Below are positions 11,445 to 19,887 of a stretch of DNA of 64,000 bases, piece after piece (within the stretch, counting starts at the first letter, position 1; each line of letters opens with the position of its first letter). Under the pieces are notes generated by a model, which was not told where the DNA came from, did no database searches, and was given only the letters and a program-made list of their open reading frames with translations. Where the stretch lies: NCBI GenBank assembly GCA_044344255.1, contig JBIJDH010000002.1, forward strand, positions 128,001 to 192,000, in the 5' to 3' direction. This DNA comes from Myxococcota bacterium (GTDB taxonomy: Bacteria > Myxococcota_A > UBA796 > UBA2385). A program made the translations under genes and the position numbers.

Positions 11445-11885
11445 ATGGAAACCACAGCCTCGCATGTCAGCAGGAAGGGGGCAGCGCTCACCCATCGTCG
11501 GCGCCGCATGCGCGGGGGGCGTGTCAACGTCCTCGGCGTGCTCTTGGTGCTGCTCTTTATCGGCGGCGCAGGCTGGGCTTGGATCTTCGGGCCTTACTTC
11601 TGGGACTATCAGGTCATGCGCGAGGCTACGGCCGCCGCGGCGCGGGAGTGGCGCACGGCCGAGAGCAAGGACAAGGGCGTCATCAAGCTGTGGCGCCGCG
11701 TCGAGAAGGAGGAGATGACCTACATCCCCGAGACGGCCTGCTCCTTCCAGGAGGAGGGCACCAATCGGATGATCTTCTGCGCCTGGGACGTCAACGTCTA
11801 CTATCCGGGCACCGAGTATTACCGGACGCTCAGCTTCTCCCTCGACACCACCTGTGACGCCGAGGGAGACATCGAGCAGGGTTAA
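11445..11885 (+). CDS. Single-pass membrane protein, DUF4845/pilin-like
   Basis: ATG with GAGGAG SD; basic N-terminus, then 'RG-GRVNVLGVLLVLLFIGG...PYFWDY'; follows lepA. Confidence 0.5.
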   Translation: METTASHVSRKGAALTHRRRRMRGGRVNVLGVLLVLLFIGGAGWAWIFGPYFWDYQVMREATAAAAREWRTAESKDKGVIKLWRRVEKEEMTYIPETACSFQEEGTNRMIFCAWDVNVYYPGTEYYRTLSFSLDTTCDAEGDIEQG

Positions 11886-11945
11886 GGGGCCGCGGGGGCG
11901 TGGGGCCCGGTCAAGGGGGCGCGGCTCCCCCGAAGGAGACGAGCC

Positions 11946-12563
11946 ATGGACGGTGAGATGGGGGCGCTCGAGCTTCGGCGGACCCTCGGGCGGCTGGCCA
12001 GCGAGCTCTCGGAGCGCTTGGGGGATCCGAGCCAGTACGTGTTGGTGGGCATCGTCACGGGCGGGCGCTTCGTCGCCGAGCGGCTGGCCGAGATCGTCAC
12101 GGCCAACGAGGGCAAGGCGCCCCAGGTCGGCTGGCTCGACATCACGCTCTACCGCGATGACCTCTACACCGGCATCGAGAAGCCCGTCCTCGGTGAGACC
12201 CGGCTCCCCGTCGAGGATCTCGAGGGTCGCGGGGTCGTGCTCGTCGATGACGTGCTCTTCACCGGACGCACCGTGCGGGCCGCCCTCGACGAGCTGATGG
12301 ACTACGGGCGGCCCCGCTTCATCAAGCTCCTCGTGCTCGTAGACCGTGGCCACCGGGAGCTGCCGATCTCCGCTGACTTCGTCGGCCGCACCTTGGCGAC
12401 CTCGAAGGCCGACCGCGTGCGGGTCGACCTCGTGGAAGACGGATCGGCCGAGGACGCCGTCCGGGTCATCCGGGCCCGGCCCTCGGGGGAGCCCGCGCCG
12501 CCGGACTCGATGATCGAGCCGGTGGGGACCCGCCAGCAGGGGGGGAGAGCCGATGAAACGTGA
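11946..12563 (+). CDS. pyrR: PyrR, pyr attenuation protein / uracil phosphoribosyltransferase
   Basis: LDITLYRDD, VLVDDVLFTGRTVRAALD, DRGHRELPI. Confidence 0.95.
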   Translation: MDGEMGALELRRTLGRLASELSERLGDPSQYVLVGIVTGGRFVAERLAEIVTANEGKAPQVGWLDITLYRDDLYTGIEKPVLGETRLPVEDLEGRGVVLVDDVLFTGRTVRAALDELMDYGRPRFIKLLVLVDRGHRELPISADFVGRTLATSKADRVRVDLVEDGSAEDAVRVIRARPSGEPAPPDSMIEPVGTRQQGGRADET

Positions 12564-13494
12564 GCCCAAGAAGGACCTCCTCGGACTCCGCGACATGCCA
12601 AAGGAGGAGATCGTGCGGGTGCTCGACACCGCAGCCCGCTTTCGGATGGTGAACGAGCGGCGCATCAAAAAGGTGCCGACCCTGCGCGGGCGCACGGTGG
12701 TGACGGCCTTCTTCGAGGACTCGACCCGCACCCGCATCAGCTTCGATCTCGCCGCCAAGCGCCTCAGCGCCGACACCGTGGCCTTCTCGTCCTCCGGCAG
12801 CTCGACCACCAAGGGCGAGAGCCTGATGGACACGGCGCGGAACCTCGACGCGATGCGCCCGGACTGCATGATCATCCGGCACCCGGCGAGCGGCGCCCCC
12901 CATATGCTCGCCCGCGCCTTTCCCTGGCCGGTGATCAACGCAGGGGATGGGATCAACGAGCACCCCACGCAGGGGCTGCTTGATCTCCTCACCATGCGGG
13001 ATCACCTCGGCCAGCTCGAAGGCAAGACCGTCGCCATCGTGGGGGACGTCTACCACTCGCGCGTGGCCCGCTCGAACATCTTCGGCCTGCGCACCATGGG
13101 GGCGCGGGTGCTCGTCGCCGGTCCCGGCACCATCTGCCCACCGGAGATGGCCGAGCTCGGCGTGGAGCTGCGGCACCGCATCGACGACGTGGTCGAAGAG
13201 GCCGACGTCGTGATGATGCTCCGCATCCAGCGGGAGCGCCTCGGGCGGGCGATGGTCACCTCGGTGCGGGAGTATGCCCACCTCTACGGGCTCGACCTCG
13301 ACCGCCTCAAGAAGGCGCGCGCGGACGTGCTGGTGATGCACCCAGGCCCGATCAACCGTGGGGTCGAGATGAGCCCCGAGGTCGCGGACGGCGAGCGCTC
13401 CGTCATCCTCGAGCAGGTCACCAACGGGCTGGCCGTCCGGATGGCCCTGCTCTACCTCTTGCTCGGCGGAGAGAGCCCAGATGCTGCTGCTTGA
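12553..13494 (+). CDS. pyrB: Aspartate carbamoyltransferase catalytic subunit
   Basis: FFEDSTRTR, NAGDGINEHPTQ, HPGPINRG. Confidence 0.97.
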   Translation: MKREPKKDLLGLRDMPKEEIVRVLDTAARFRMVNERRIKKVPTLRGRTVVTAFFEDSTRTRISFDLAAKRLSADTVAFSSSGSSTTKGESLMDTARNLDAMRPDCMIIRHPASGAPHMLARAFPWPVINAGDGINEHPTQGLLDLLTMRDHLGQLEGKTVAIVGDVYHSRVARSNIFGLRTMGARVLVAGPGTICPPEMAELGVELRHRIDDVVEEADVVMMLRIQRERLGRAMVTSVREYAHLYGLDLDRLKKARADVLVMHPGPINRGVEMSPEVADGERSVILEQVTNGLAVRMALLYLLLGGESPDAAA

Positions 13495-14755
13495 GGGTGG
13501 GAGGGTGGTCTGCCCGGCGTCGGGCAAGGACGTCGTGGAGGACGTGCTCATCGACGGCGGGCACATCGTCGCCGTGGGCCCCGGGCTGCGCGCCGCGGCG
13601 GGGGAGGGCGTGCGGGTGATCGACTGCGAAGGCGTCGTCGTGGCGCCTGGCTTCGTGGAGCTGGGGGCCGAGCTGGCGGATCCCGGGCACCCGGAACGGG
13701 AGACGCTCTGCTCGGGGAGCGAGGCCGCGGCGGCCGGCGGCTACACCACGGTGGTCGCGTCGCCGAACACCGATCCTTGCGTAGACGGTCCCTCGGTCGC
13801 CCGGGACATCCTCGGCCGGGCCGCGGCCCTGACCGGCGCCCGGGTGTTGCAGGCGGGCGCGCTCACGATGGGCCTGCGCGGGGAGGAGCCGGCGGAGCTC
13901 GGGCTGCTCGTGCTCGCCGGCTGCGTGGCCCTCTCCGACGGCCGGGCCCTGGTGGCCGACACCGAGGTGCTGCGCCGCTGCCTCGAGTATGCGCGTCCCT
14001 TCGATGTCCCCGTGATGCTGCGCCCCGGCGAGGCCGCCCTGGAGCGCGCCGGCGTGATGCACGAGGGCAGCGTTTCCCTGCGCATCGGGCTCCGAGGCAT
14101 CCCCGCCGAGTCCGAAGAGATCGGCCTCCATCGCCTGATCGCCTTGGCCCGCCGCACCGGGGCCCGCGTCCACATCAGCCACCTCAGCACGGGTCGAAGC
14201 CTCGCCGCCTTCCGCGCGGCGGTGGCCGACGGCCTCTCGATCACCGCCACCGTTCCTGCGCGGTCCCTCGTCCTCACCGACGTCGCGGTCGAACGGTCCG
14301 GCTATGACCCCCTGCTGCGCCTGGTGCCGCCCCTCCGCCCCGAGGCTGACCGCCTCGCCTTGGTGGGTGCGGTACGGGCCGGCGAGGTCGGCGTGTGTGC
14401 CGATCATGTGCCTTGCTCGATCGTAGACAAGGAGGTGGAGCTCGTCCGCGCCCGACCCGGCGCGGTCGGCCTCGAGACGGCCCTCGGCGCGACCCTCGCC
14501 GCCCTGGGCGGAGACGTGGTGGCGGCGGTTCGTGCCCTGTCCATCCTGCCCGGTCGGGTTATCGGTCTCCACCCACGCGTCGTCGTCGGGTCTCCAGCCG
14601 ACCTCGTCCTCTTTGATCCGGTCCGGCACCGGGACCTCTCCCGCTCCCCCCGGAGCCGGGGTCGAAACGAGCCGCTGCGCGGTCACGTCCTACCGGGGCG
14701 AGTCCGGGCGACGGTGGTGGCTGGCCACGTGGTCTTCGGGCCGATACCCGACTGA
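13481..14755 (+). CDS. pyrC: Dihydroorotase-like protein, probably inactive PyrC'
   Basis: Amidohydrolase fold motifs (AAAGGYTTV, PNTDP, PPLR, DHVP, GAVGLET), but the HxH Zn motif reads 'ELGAE'. Confidence 0.85.
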   Translation: MLLLEGGRVVCPASGKDVVEDVLIDGGHIVAVGPGLRAAAGEGVRVIDCEGVVVAPGFVELGAELADPGHPERETLCSGSEAAAAGGYTTVVASPNTDPCVDGPSVARDILGRAAALTGARVLQAGALTMGLRGEEPAELGLLVLAGCVALSDGRALVADTEVLRRCLEYARPFDVPVMLRPGEAALERAGVMHEGSVSLRIGLRGIPAESEEIGLHRLIALARRTGARVHISHLSTGRSLAAFRAAVADGLSITATVPARSLVLTDVAVERSGYDPLLRLVPPLRPEADRLALVGAVRAGEVGVCADHVPCSIVDKEVELVRARPGAVGLETALGATLAALGGDVVAAVRALSILPGRVIGLHPRVVVGSPADLVLFDPVRHRDLSRSPRSRGRNEPLRGHVLPGRVRATVVAGHVVFGPIPD

Positions 14756-14807
14756 TCCTTCTCCCTTCTCGCGCCCCCAGCACGGCGCTCACTTCGAGGA
14801 TTTTTTC

Positions 14808-15284
14808 ATGAAGCGCATCCCGATGACGCCGGCGGGCTTCGCGCGGCTCTCGGCCGAGCTGAAGGTGCTCAAGGAGCACACCCGACTCAAGATCGTGCGT
14901 GACATCGAAGAGGCCCGGGAGCACGGCGACATCTCCGAAAACTCGGAGTTCGAAGACGCCAAGCACCGCCAGTCGCTCTGTGAGGGCCGCATCCAGGAGC
15001 TCGAGAGTAAGCTCGGCGCCTCTGAGGTCATCGACGTCCGGACGCTCAAGCCGTCGGATCGCGTGGTCTTTGGCACCACCGTGGTCCTCCAAGACCTCGA
15101 GACCGAGGAGGAGGTCCGCTACACCATCGTCGGCACAGACGAGGCCGACGTGAAGGCGGGCCTCATCTCGATGAGCGCGCCGATCGGCCGCGCCATCGTG
15201 GGACGCAGCACCGGCGACGAGGTCGCGGTGGAGACACCCCGTGGCCAGCGCCGCTTCAGCATCGCGGACGTGTTGTACCGCTAG
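14808..15284 (+). CDS. greA: Transcription elongation factor GreA
   Basis: AREHGDISENSEFEDAK, ISMSAPIGRAIVG. Confidence 0.95.
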   Translation: MKRIPMTPAGFARLSAELKVLKEHTRLKIVRDIEEAREHGDISENSEFEDAKHRQSLCEGRIQELESKLGASEVIDVRTLKPSDRVVFGTTVVLQDLETEEEVRYTIVGTDEADVKAGLISMSAPIGRAIVGRSTGDEVAVETPRGQRRFSIADVLYR

Positions 15285-15292
15285 GGGTCCCT

Positions 15293-18200
15293 GTGGAAGT
15301 CGCTGTGGAAGGCACTGTGGAAGGCACTGAAGCTCAGACCGACGCCCCGATCGACGGCCGGCCGCTCGCGCAGATCGACGCGGTCCGCCGCACGATGCGC
15401 TGGGCGGCCGCCGGCGGTGCCGCCCGGTACCTCGGCGTCAACTGCGCCCGTCTGGTCACGGCGAGCCTCGATGCGCTGCCCCGGGAGGGCGAAGGTGCGG
15501 AGCGCGTCCGAGACGAGCTGTCCCACCTGGTCGGCCTGCTGGGCGACCTCGACTCGCTACCGTCCGGGGAGCGGGCCGAGCGGCTGGGGGCCCTGCTGGG
15601 GGTCCTCGAGCGGGTCCCCGCGGGGCCGGCCCCACGTCTCCCCACGCGCGCTCCCGCACCGGTCGAGCCCGCCCTCCTCGCGGAGGATGGGGGCGCGCCG
15701 GTCGAAGGGGAGGCCGCCCCAGCCCAGCGCGGGGGCGACGACCCCAGCGGCGAGGCCCGCGAGCGCGACGGTCGGGATCGTGATCGGCGTGGCCGCCGCC
15801 GGGAGCGCGGCGACCGCGCCGAGCGGCCAGAGGGCGTCGAGCCCCGAGGGCCCCGACCGGAGCGAAACGAGCGCGCCGAGGGTGTCGAGGCTCGTGGTCC
15901 CCGACCCGAGCGAGGCCAACGCCCCGAGCGCGGGGAGCGCGTCGACCGCCCCGAAGGCGCCGAGGGCTCGGAGGCCCGTGGATCGCGCCCAGAGCGCGCT
16001 CCTCGCGGAGAGCGCAACGAGCGGGGCGAGCGCAACGAGCGGGGCGAGCGCAACGAGCGCAACGAGCGTGGAGAGCGCAACGAGCGCGCCACTTCGGTCG
16101 AGAAGCCCGAAGGAGAGGAGCCCACCCCGGAGCGGTCCGCCCGCGCGGAGGGTTCGGGGCGACGGGAGCGCGGACGTGGCGATCGACCCGGCCGCGGAGA
16201 GCGTAACGACCGCGGAGAGCGCAACGAGCGCGGAGAGCGCAACGAGCGCGGAGAGCGCAACGAGCGCGGAGAGAAGCCCGAGAGGGCGGAGAAGGCCGAG
16301 CGTCCGGTGGAGGTGCCTGCGGCGGATGTGCGGAGGCTCCCGCTGGGCCATCCGGAGGGCACCGGGGCCCCGCTGAGCTCGCTCGGGGTGTTCACCGATG
16401 AGCTGCTGGAGCGGCTGGGTGACGAGGGCATCAGCACGGTCGCCGAGCTCCTCCTCCTGCCTCCGACCAGCTACGATCGGCCGCCGCTGGTGCCGATCGC
16501 CGCCTCGATGCCAGAGGGCCCGGCGGTGGTGCGGGGGTCTGTGGTCAGCCGCAGCGTGCGCTTCGTGCCGGGCGGGCAGCGGGTGGAGGTCGTGCTCGCA
16601 GGGCCAGACGGCCACAGCCTCCGGCTCCGCTGGCCGGGGAGGGGCCCGCGGGGGTGGGAGCGCTGGAGCGTCGGCTCGGAGCTGGGCTTCATCGGGCGTA
16701 TCTCCGAGATTGAAGAGGGCACCTTCGCCTTCTACGAGGGTGAGCCCGTCGGACTGGACGGTCGCGGCAGCGGCATCGTCCCCCTGTACAGCGTCGAGGG
16801 CGTCGAAGATCGGCTGATCCGGGAGGCTGTGGCCCTCTCCCTCGGCCTCATCCAAGGCGCGCTGAAGGACACCGTCAGCGCCGAGCTCATCGAGCAGCAC
16901 CGCCTGCTCCCCCTCGACGAGGCCCTCCGCGACGCGCACTTCCCCGCCAACGCGGCCGGCCGGGGTCGCATCCGCATGGCCTTTGAGGAGCTCTTCCTCC
17001 TCCAGCTCGGCATCGCCTGGCGGGCCGGGCGTGGGCAGGCGGAGCGCGGCTTCGCGCACACCATTGTGCACGGCGCGGTGGGGCAGCTCGCGGTGCAGCA
17101 CCAGATCACGTTGTCCGACGGCCAGGAGTCGGCCTTCTGCGACATCCGGCGAGACCTCCTCAAGCCCAACCCCATGACCCGCCTCCTCCAGGGTGACGTC
17201 GGGGCGGGCAAGGGCCTCGTGGCGCTGCTCACCGCGGTGGTGGTCGCCGAGAGCGGGCACCAGGTGGCGATGATCGCGCCCGATCCGCTCACGGCCGAGC
17301 GACGCTTCCTTCACGCGGAGGCCGTCCTTCGCTCGGTCGGTCTCGTGCCGCTGCTGGTCGGCGACACGGTGAACCACGCGATGACCGACGCCATCCGGCG
17401 CGGCGAGGTCCACGTCGTCTTCGGCACCCGCAGGATCCTCGAGGAGCAGGTCCATTGGAAGCGGCTCGGGCTCGTCATCGTCGAGGAGCGCGGTCCCTAC
17501 GGCACGGTCAGCCCGCAGAGCCTCAGCAGCCGCAGCGTGGTCCCCGATCTCCTCGTGGTCACCAAGGCGCCCATCCCTTCAAGCCTCTCGCTGACGGTCT
17601 TCGGGGACTTTGACCTCTCCATCGTGCCCTCGGTCGAGCGCCCGCGGGTGACGGTCAAGGTCTTTGGCGCCGACGCCCGCGCCGAAGCCTACGCACGCGC
17701 CTGGGAGGAGGTCGAGAAGGGCCGCCAGGCCTTCGTCGTCTTCCCGGTCCGTGACGGCCGAGACCTGCTCGGCGTCGAGGACGCCCAGCGCATGGCCAAG
17801 GCCCTCCAGGCCGAGGGGCTCCCCGGAGCGCGCATCGGCACCTACTGCTCGGCGATGAGCCGCGAGGAGCGCTTCCGCGTCTTCGACGACTTCCAGCACC
17901 GCCGCGTAGACGTGCTCGTCTGCACGACCTACATCGAAGACGCGCCGCCGGTCGACAACGCCAGCGTCGTGGTCGTCGAGTACGCCGACATGCACGACCT
18001 CGTCCGCCTGCACCGCCTCCGCGGCCACGTGGCCCAGGGGCGCCACCCCGGCACCTGCCTGTTCGTGCTGTCGAACAACGCCGCCGAGGGGGCGAGCCAG
18101 GTCGTGAGCACGGTCATCAACGAGCGGGACGGCTTCCGCCTCGCCGAGGTTGACCTGCAGGTGCGGGGCGCCGAGGCCCTCCTCGGAGACCGCGCCACCG

Positions 18201-18439
18201 AGATGCCCGAGTTCCGCTGGGCCGATCCGCCGCGCGACCGAGACCTCCTCCTGCGGGCCCGCGCCGAGGCCTTCCAGCTCGTGGCCGCGGATCCCGGCCT
18301 CCGAAAGAGCCCCGACCTCGCCCGCGCGGTCTCGCTGCGGTGGGGAGACTGGCTCGGTCAGGCCAGCGCCACGCCGGAGTCCGCCAAGGCCGCCGACAAT
18401 CGCAGCCGCAAGGGCCGTCGCCGTCGTCGGCGGCGGTAG
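15293..18439 (+). CDS. RecG-like helicase paralogue with degenerate motor motifs and a long N-terminal extension
   Basis: RecG-like wedge region, 'RMAFEELFLLQL', 'PMTRLLQGDVGAGK', 'DGFRLAEVDLQVRG'; motifs I, II and VI are altered. Confidence 0.8.
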   Translation: MEVAVEGTVEGTEAQTDAPIDGRPLAQIDAVRRTMRWAAAGGAARYLGVNCARLVTASLDALPREGEGAERVRDELSHLVGLLGDLDSLPSGERAERLGALLGVLERVPAGPAPRLPTRAPAPVEPALLAEDGGAPVEGEAAPAQRGGDDPSGEARERDGRDRDRRGRRRERGDRAERPEGVEPRGPRPERNERAEGVEARGPRPERGQRPERGERVDRPEGAEGSEARGSRPERAPRGERNERGERNERGERNERNERGERNERATSVEKPEGEEPTPERSARAEGSGRRERGRGDRPGRGERNDRGERNERGERNERGERNERGEKPERAEKAERPVEVPAADVRRLPLGHPEGTGAPLSSLGVFTDELLERLGDEGISTVAELLLLPPTSYDRPPLVPIAASMPEGPAVVRGSVVSRSVRFVPGGQRVEVVLAGPDGHSLRLRWPGRGPRGWERWSVGSELGFIGRISEIEEGTFAFYEGEPVGLDGRGSGIVPLYSVEGVEDRLIREAVALSLGLIQGALKDTVSAELIEQHRLLPLDEALRDAHFPANAAGRGRIRMAFEELFLLQLGIAWRAGRGQAERGFAHTIVHGAVGQLAVQHQITLSDGQESAFCDIRRDLLKPNPMTRLLQGDVGAGKGLVALLTAVVVAESGHQVAMIAPDPLTAERRFLHAEAVLRSVGLVPLLVGDTVNHAMTDAIRRGEVHVVFGTRRILEEQVHWKRLGLVIVEERGPYGTVSPQSLSSRSVVPDLLVVTKAPIPSSLSLTVFGDFDLSIVPSVERPRVTVKVFGADARAEAYARAWEEVEKGRQAFVVFPVRDGRDLLGVEDAQRMAKALQAEGLPGARIGTYCSAMSREERFRVFDDFQHRRVDVLVCTTYIEDAPPVDNASVVVVEYADMHDLVRLHRLRGHVAQGRHPGTCLFVLSNNAAEGASQVVSTVINERDGFRLAEVDLQVRGAEALLGDRATEMPEFRWADPPRDRDLLLRARAEAFQLVAADPGLRKSPDLARAVSLRWGDWLGQASATPESAKAADNRSRKGRRRRRRR
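16007..16272 (+). repeat. Two coding 18-bp tandem arrays encoding (GERNER)n
   Basis: gagcgcaacgagcggggc and ggagagcgcaacgagcgc units at about 16007-16090 and 16195-16272. Confidence 0.9.
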
Positions 18440-18448
18440 GAGTCGTCG

Positions 18449-19261
18449 ATGCCAGCCGCCACGCGCCGGGCCCTGCTCCCCGCGAGCCAAGAGGCCGTGA
18501 TGGCGGTGCTCACCGACTTCGGGGCCTACCCTCGGATCTTTCCGATCCTGGAGGCCGTGGAGGTCAGCCGCGCGAGCGCTCGCGAGTGGGAGGTGCGCTT
18601 CACCCTCTTCTACCTGCGGCGCCTCCGCTACGCGCTGCTGATCCAGCGCCCCGAGCCCGGCCGGCTCCTCTGGTCGCTGATCGAGGGTGACCTCAAGGCC
18701 GCCGAGGGCAGCTGGCAGGTCGAGCCGAGGCCCGGCGGGCAGGTCGAGGTGGAGCTCCGGCTCGACGTACAGACGACGATGCGCCTCCCCGGCCCCTTCC
18801 TCCGGTCGCTGGAGGAGGTGGAGCTGCCGCGCGTGCTCATGGGCCTGCGCGCCGAGCTCGAGCGTCGGGCGGCCCTCGCCGTCACTGCCTCAAATGGCGC
18901 GGAGGCGCTCGCGGAAGAAGCGGTCCATCCGGTGGTGGATCGTCTCGGGCTGCTCGACGAGGGCGGCGTGGGTGGCGTCGGCGAGCTCGAAGAGCTCCGC
19001 CCCGGGGATGAGGCGGGCGATCTTCCGCGAGCACCACATCGGCGTGAAGAGGTCGCGCTCCGCGGCGATGATCAGCACGGGCACGCCGATCCCGGGCAGG
19101 ACGTCCCAGGCGTCGTGCGCGTCGGTGGCGAGCACGGCGGTGAGGAAGAGGCGCAGATCGAGGGTGGAGAGGTGGGCGGAGTAGGACGCGAGGTCCTCCT
19201 CGCGGGTGTAGTGCCGATCGACCCAGTCGAGGGCGGTGGCGGTCGGGAAGGCGAGGGGTGA
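18449..19261 (+). CDS. SRPBCC/START (cyclase-like) protein; the domain ends near 18885 but the frame runs on antisense to the next gene
   Basis: 'VLTDFGAYPRIFP...WSLIEGDLKAAEGSWQVEP' SRPBCC pattern. Confidence 0.7.
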   Translation: MPAATRRALLPASQEAVMAVLTDFGAYPRIFPILEAVEVSRASAREWEVRFTLFYLRRLRYALLIQRPEPGRLLWSLIEGDLKAAEGSWQVEPRPGGQVEVELRLDVQTTMRLPGPFLRSLEEVELPRVLMGLRAELERRAALAVTASNGAEALAEEAVHPVVDRLGLLDEGGVGGVGELEELRPGDEAGDLPRAPHRREEVALRGDDQHGHADPGQDVPGVVRVGGEHGGEEEAQIEGGEVGGVGREVLLAGVVPIDPVEGGGGREGEG

Positions 19262-19837
19262 CTCGAGCAGCGGTCGGACGAGGTTGTTGATCCGCGGCCC
19301 GATCGCGTGCACCACCCGGTGGAGGCCGCGGAACATCGCCGCCGACCCGCTCCAGTCGTAGAAGGTGTGGAGGGCCTTGCCGGCGGTGCCGAGCATGAGG
19401 ACCGCGGCTCGGGCCCGCTGCGGGTAGAGGCGGATGGCCTCCAACACCACCTGGCAGCCCATGCTGTGGCCGACCAGCACGGCGGGCTCGGTGACGCCGG
19501 CCGCCGTAAGCACGATCGCGAGATCGAGGGCGTGGCGACGGATGGAGAGGTCGGCGGTGAGGGGGTCGAGGCGGCGGTCGCTGCGACCATGGCCTCTGTA
19601 GTCCCACAGCAGGACGGTGAACTGCCCCTTGAAGTGCTCAGCGAGGTACTTCCAGAAGAAGAGGCTGACTCCAACGCCGTTGTTGCAGACGATGGCCGGA
19701 CCTTGGCCGATCGCCCGCCAATACAGAGAGACGCCGTCTTCGGCGCGGGCGAAGCCGCTCCGGACCTCGGGCTCCACGTTGGCCCCGTCGGTCGCCCGTG
19801 TCGCCGCGCCCCCTGGCTTGCCCGCTGTGACCTCCAC
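18890..19837 (-). CDS. Alpha/beta hydrolase
   Basis: WDYRGHGRS, nucleophile GHSMG, triad-like 'AERDLFTP' and 'DATH'. Confidence 0.9.
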   Translation of the reverse strand: MEVTAGKPGGAATRATDGANVEPEVRSGFARAEDGVSLYWRAIGQGPAIVCNNGVGVSLFFWKYLAEHFKGQFTVLLWDYRGHGRSDRRLDPLTADLSIRRHALDLAIVLTAAGVTEPAVLVGHSMGCQVVLEAIRLYPQRARAAVLMLGTAGKALHTFYDWSGSAAMFRGLHRVVHAIGPRINNLVRPLLESPLAFPTATALDWVDRHYTREEDLASYSAHLSTLDLRLFLTAVLATDAHDAWDVLPGIGVPVLIIAAERDLFTPMWCSRKIARLIPGAELFELADATHAALVEQPETIHHRMDRFFRERLRAI

Positions 19838-19887
19838 GCTGCCTCCTCGCCGGGTCCTCGCCGCAGGCCCGGCTCCCCGGATTAACG

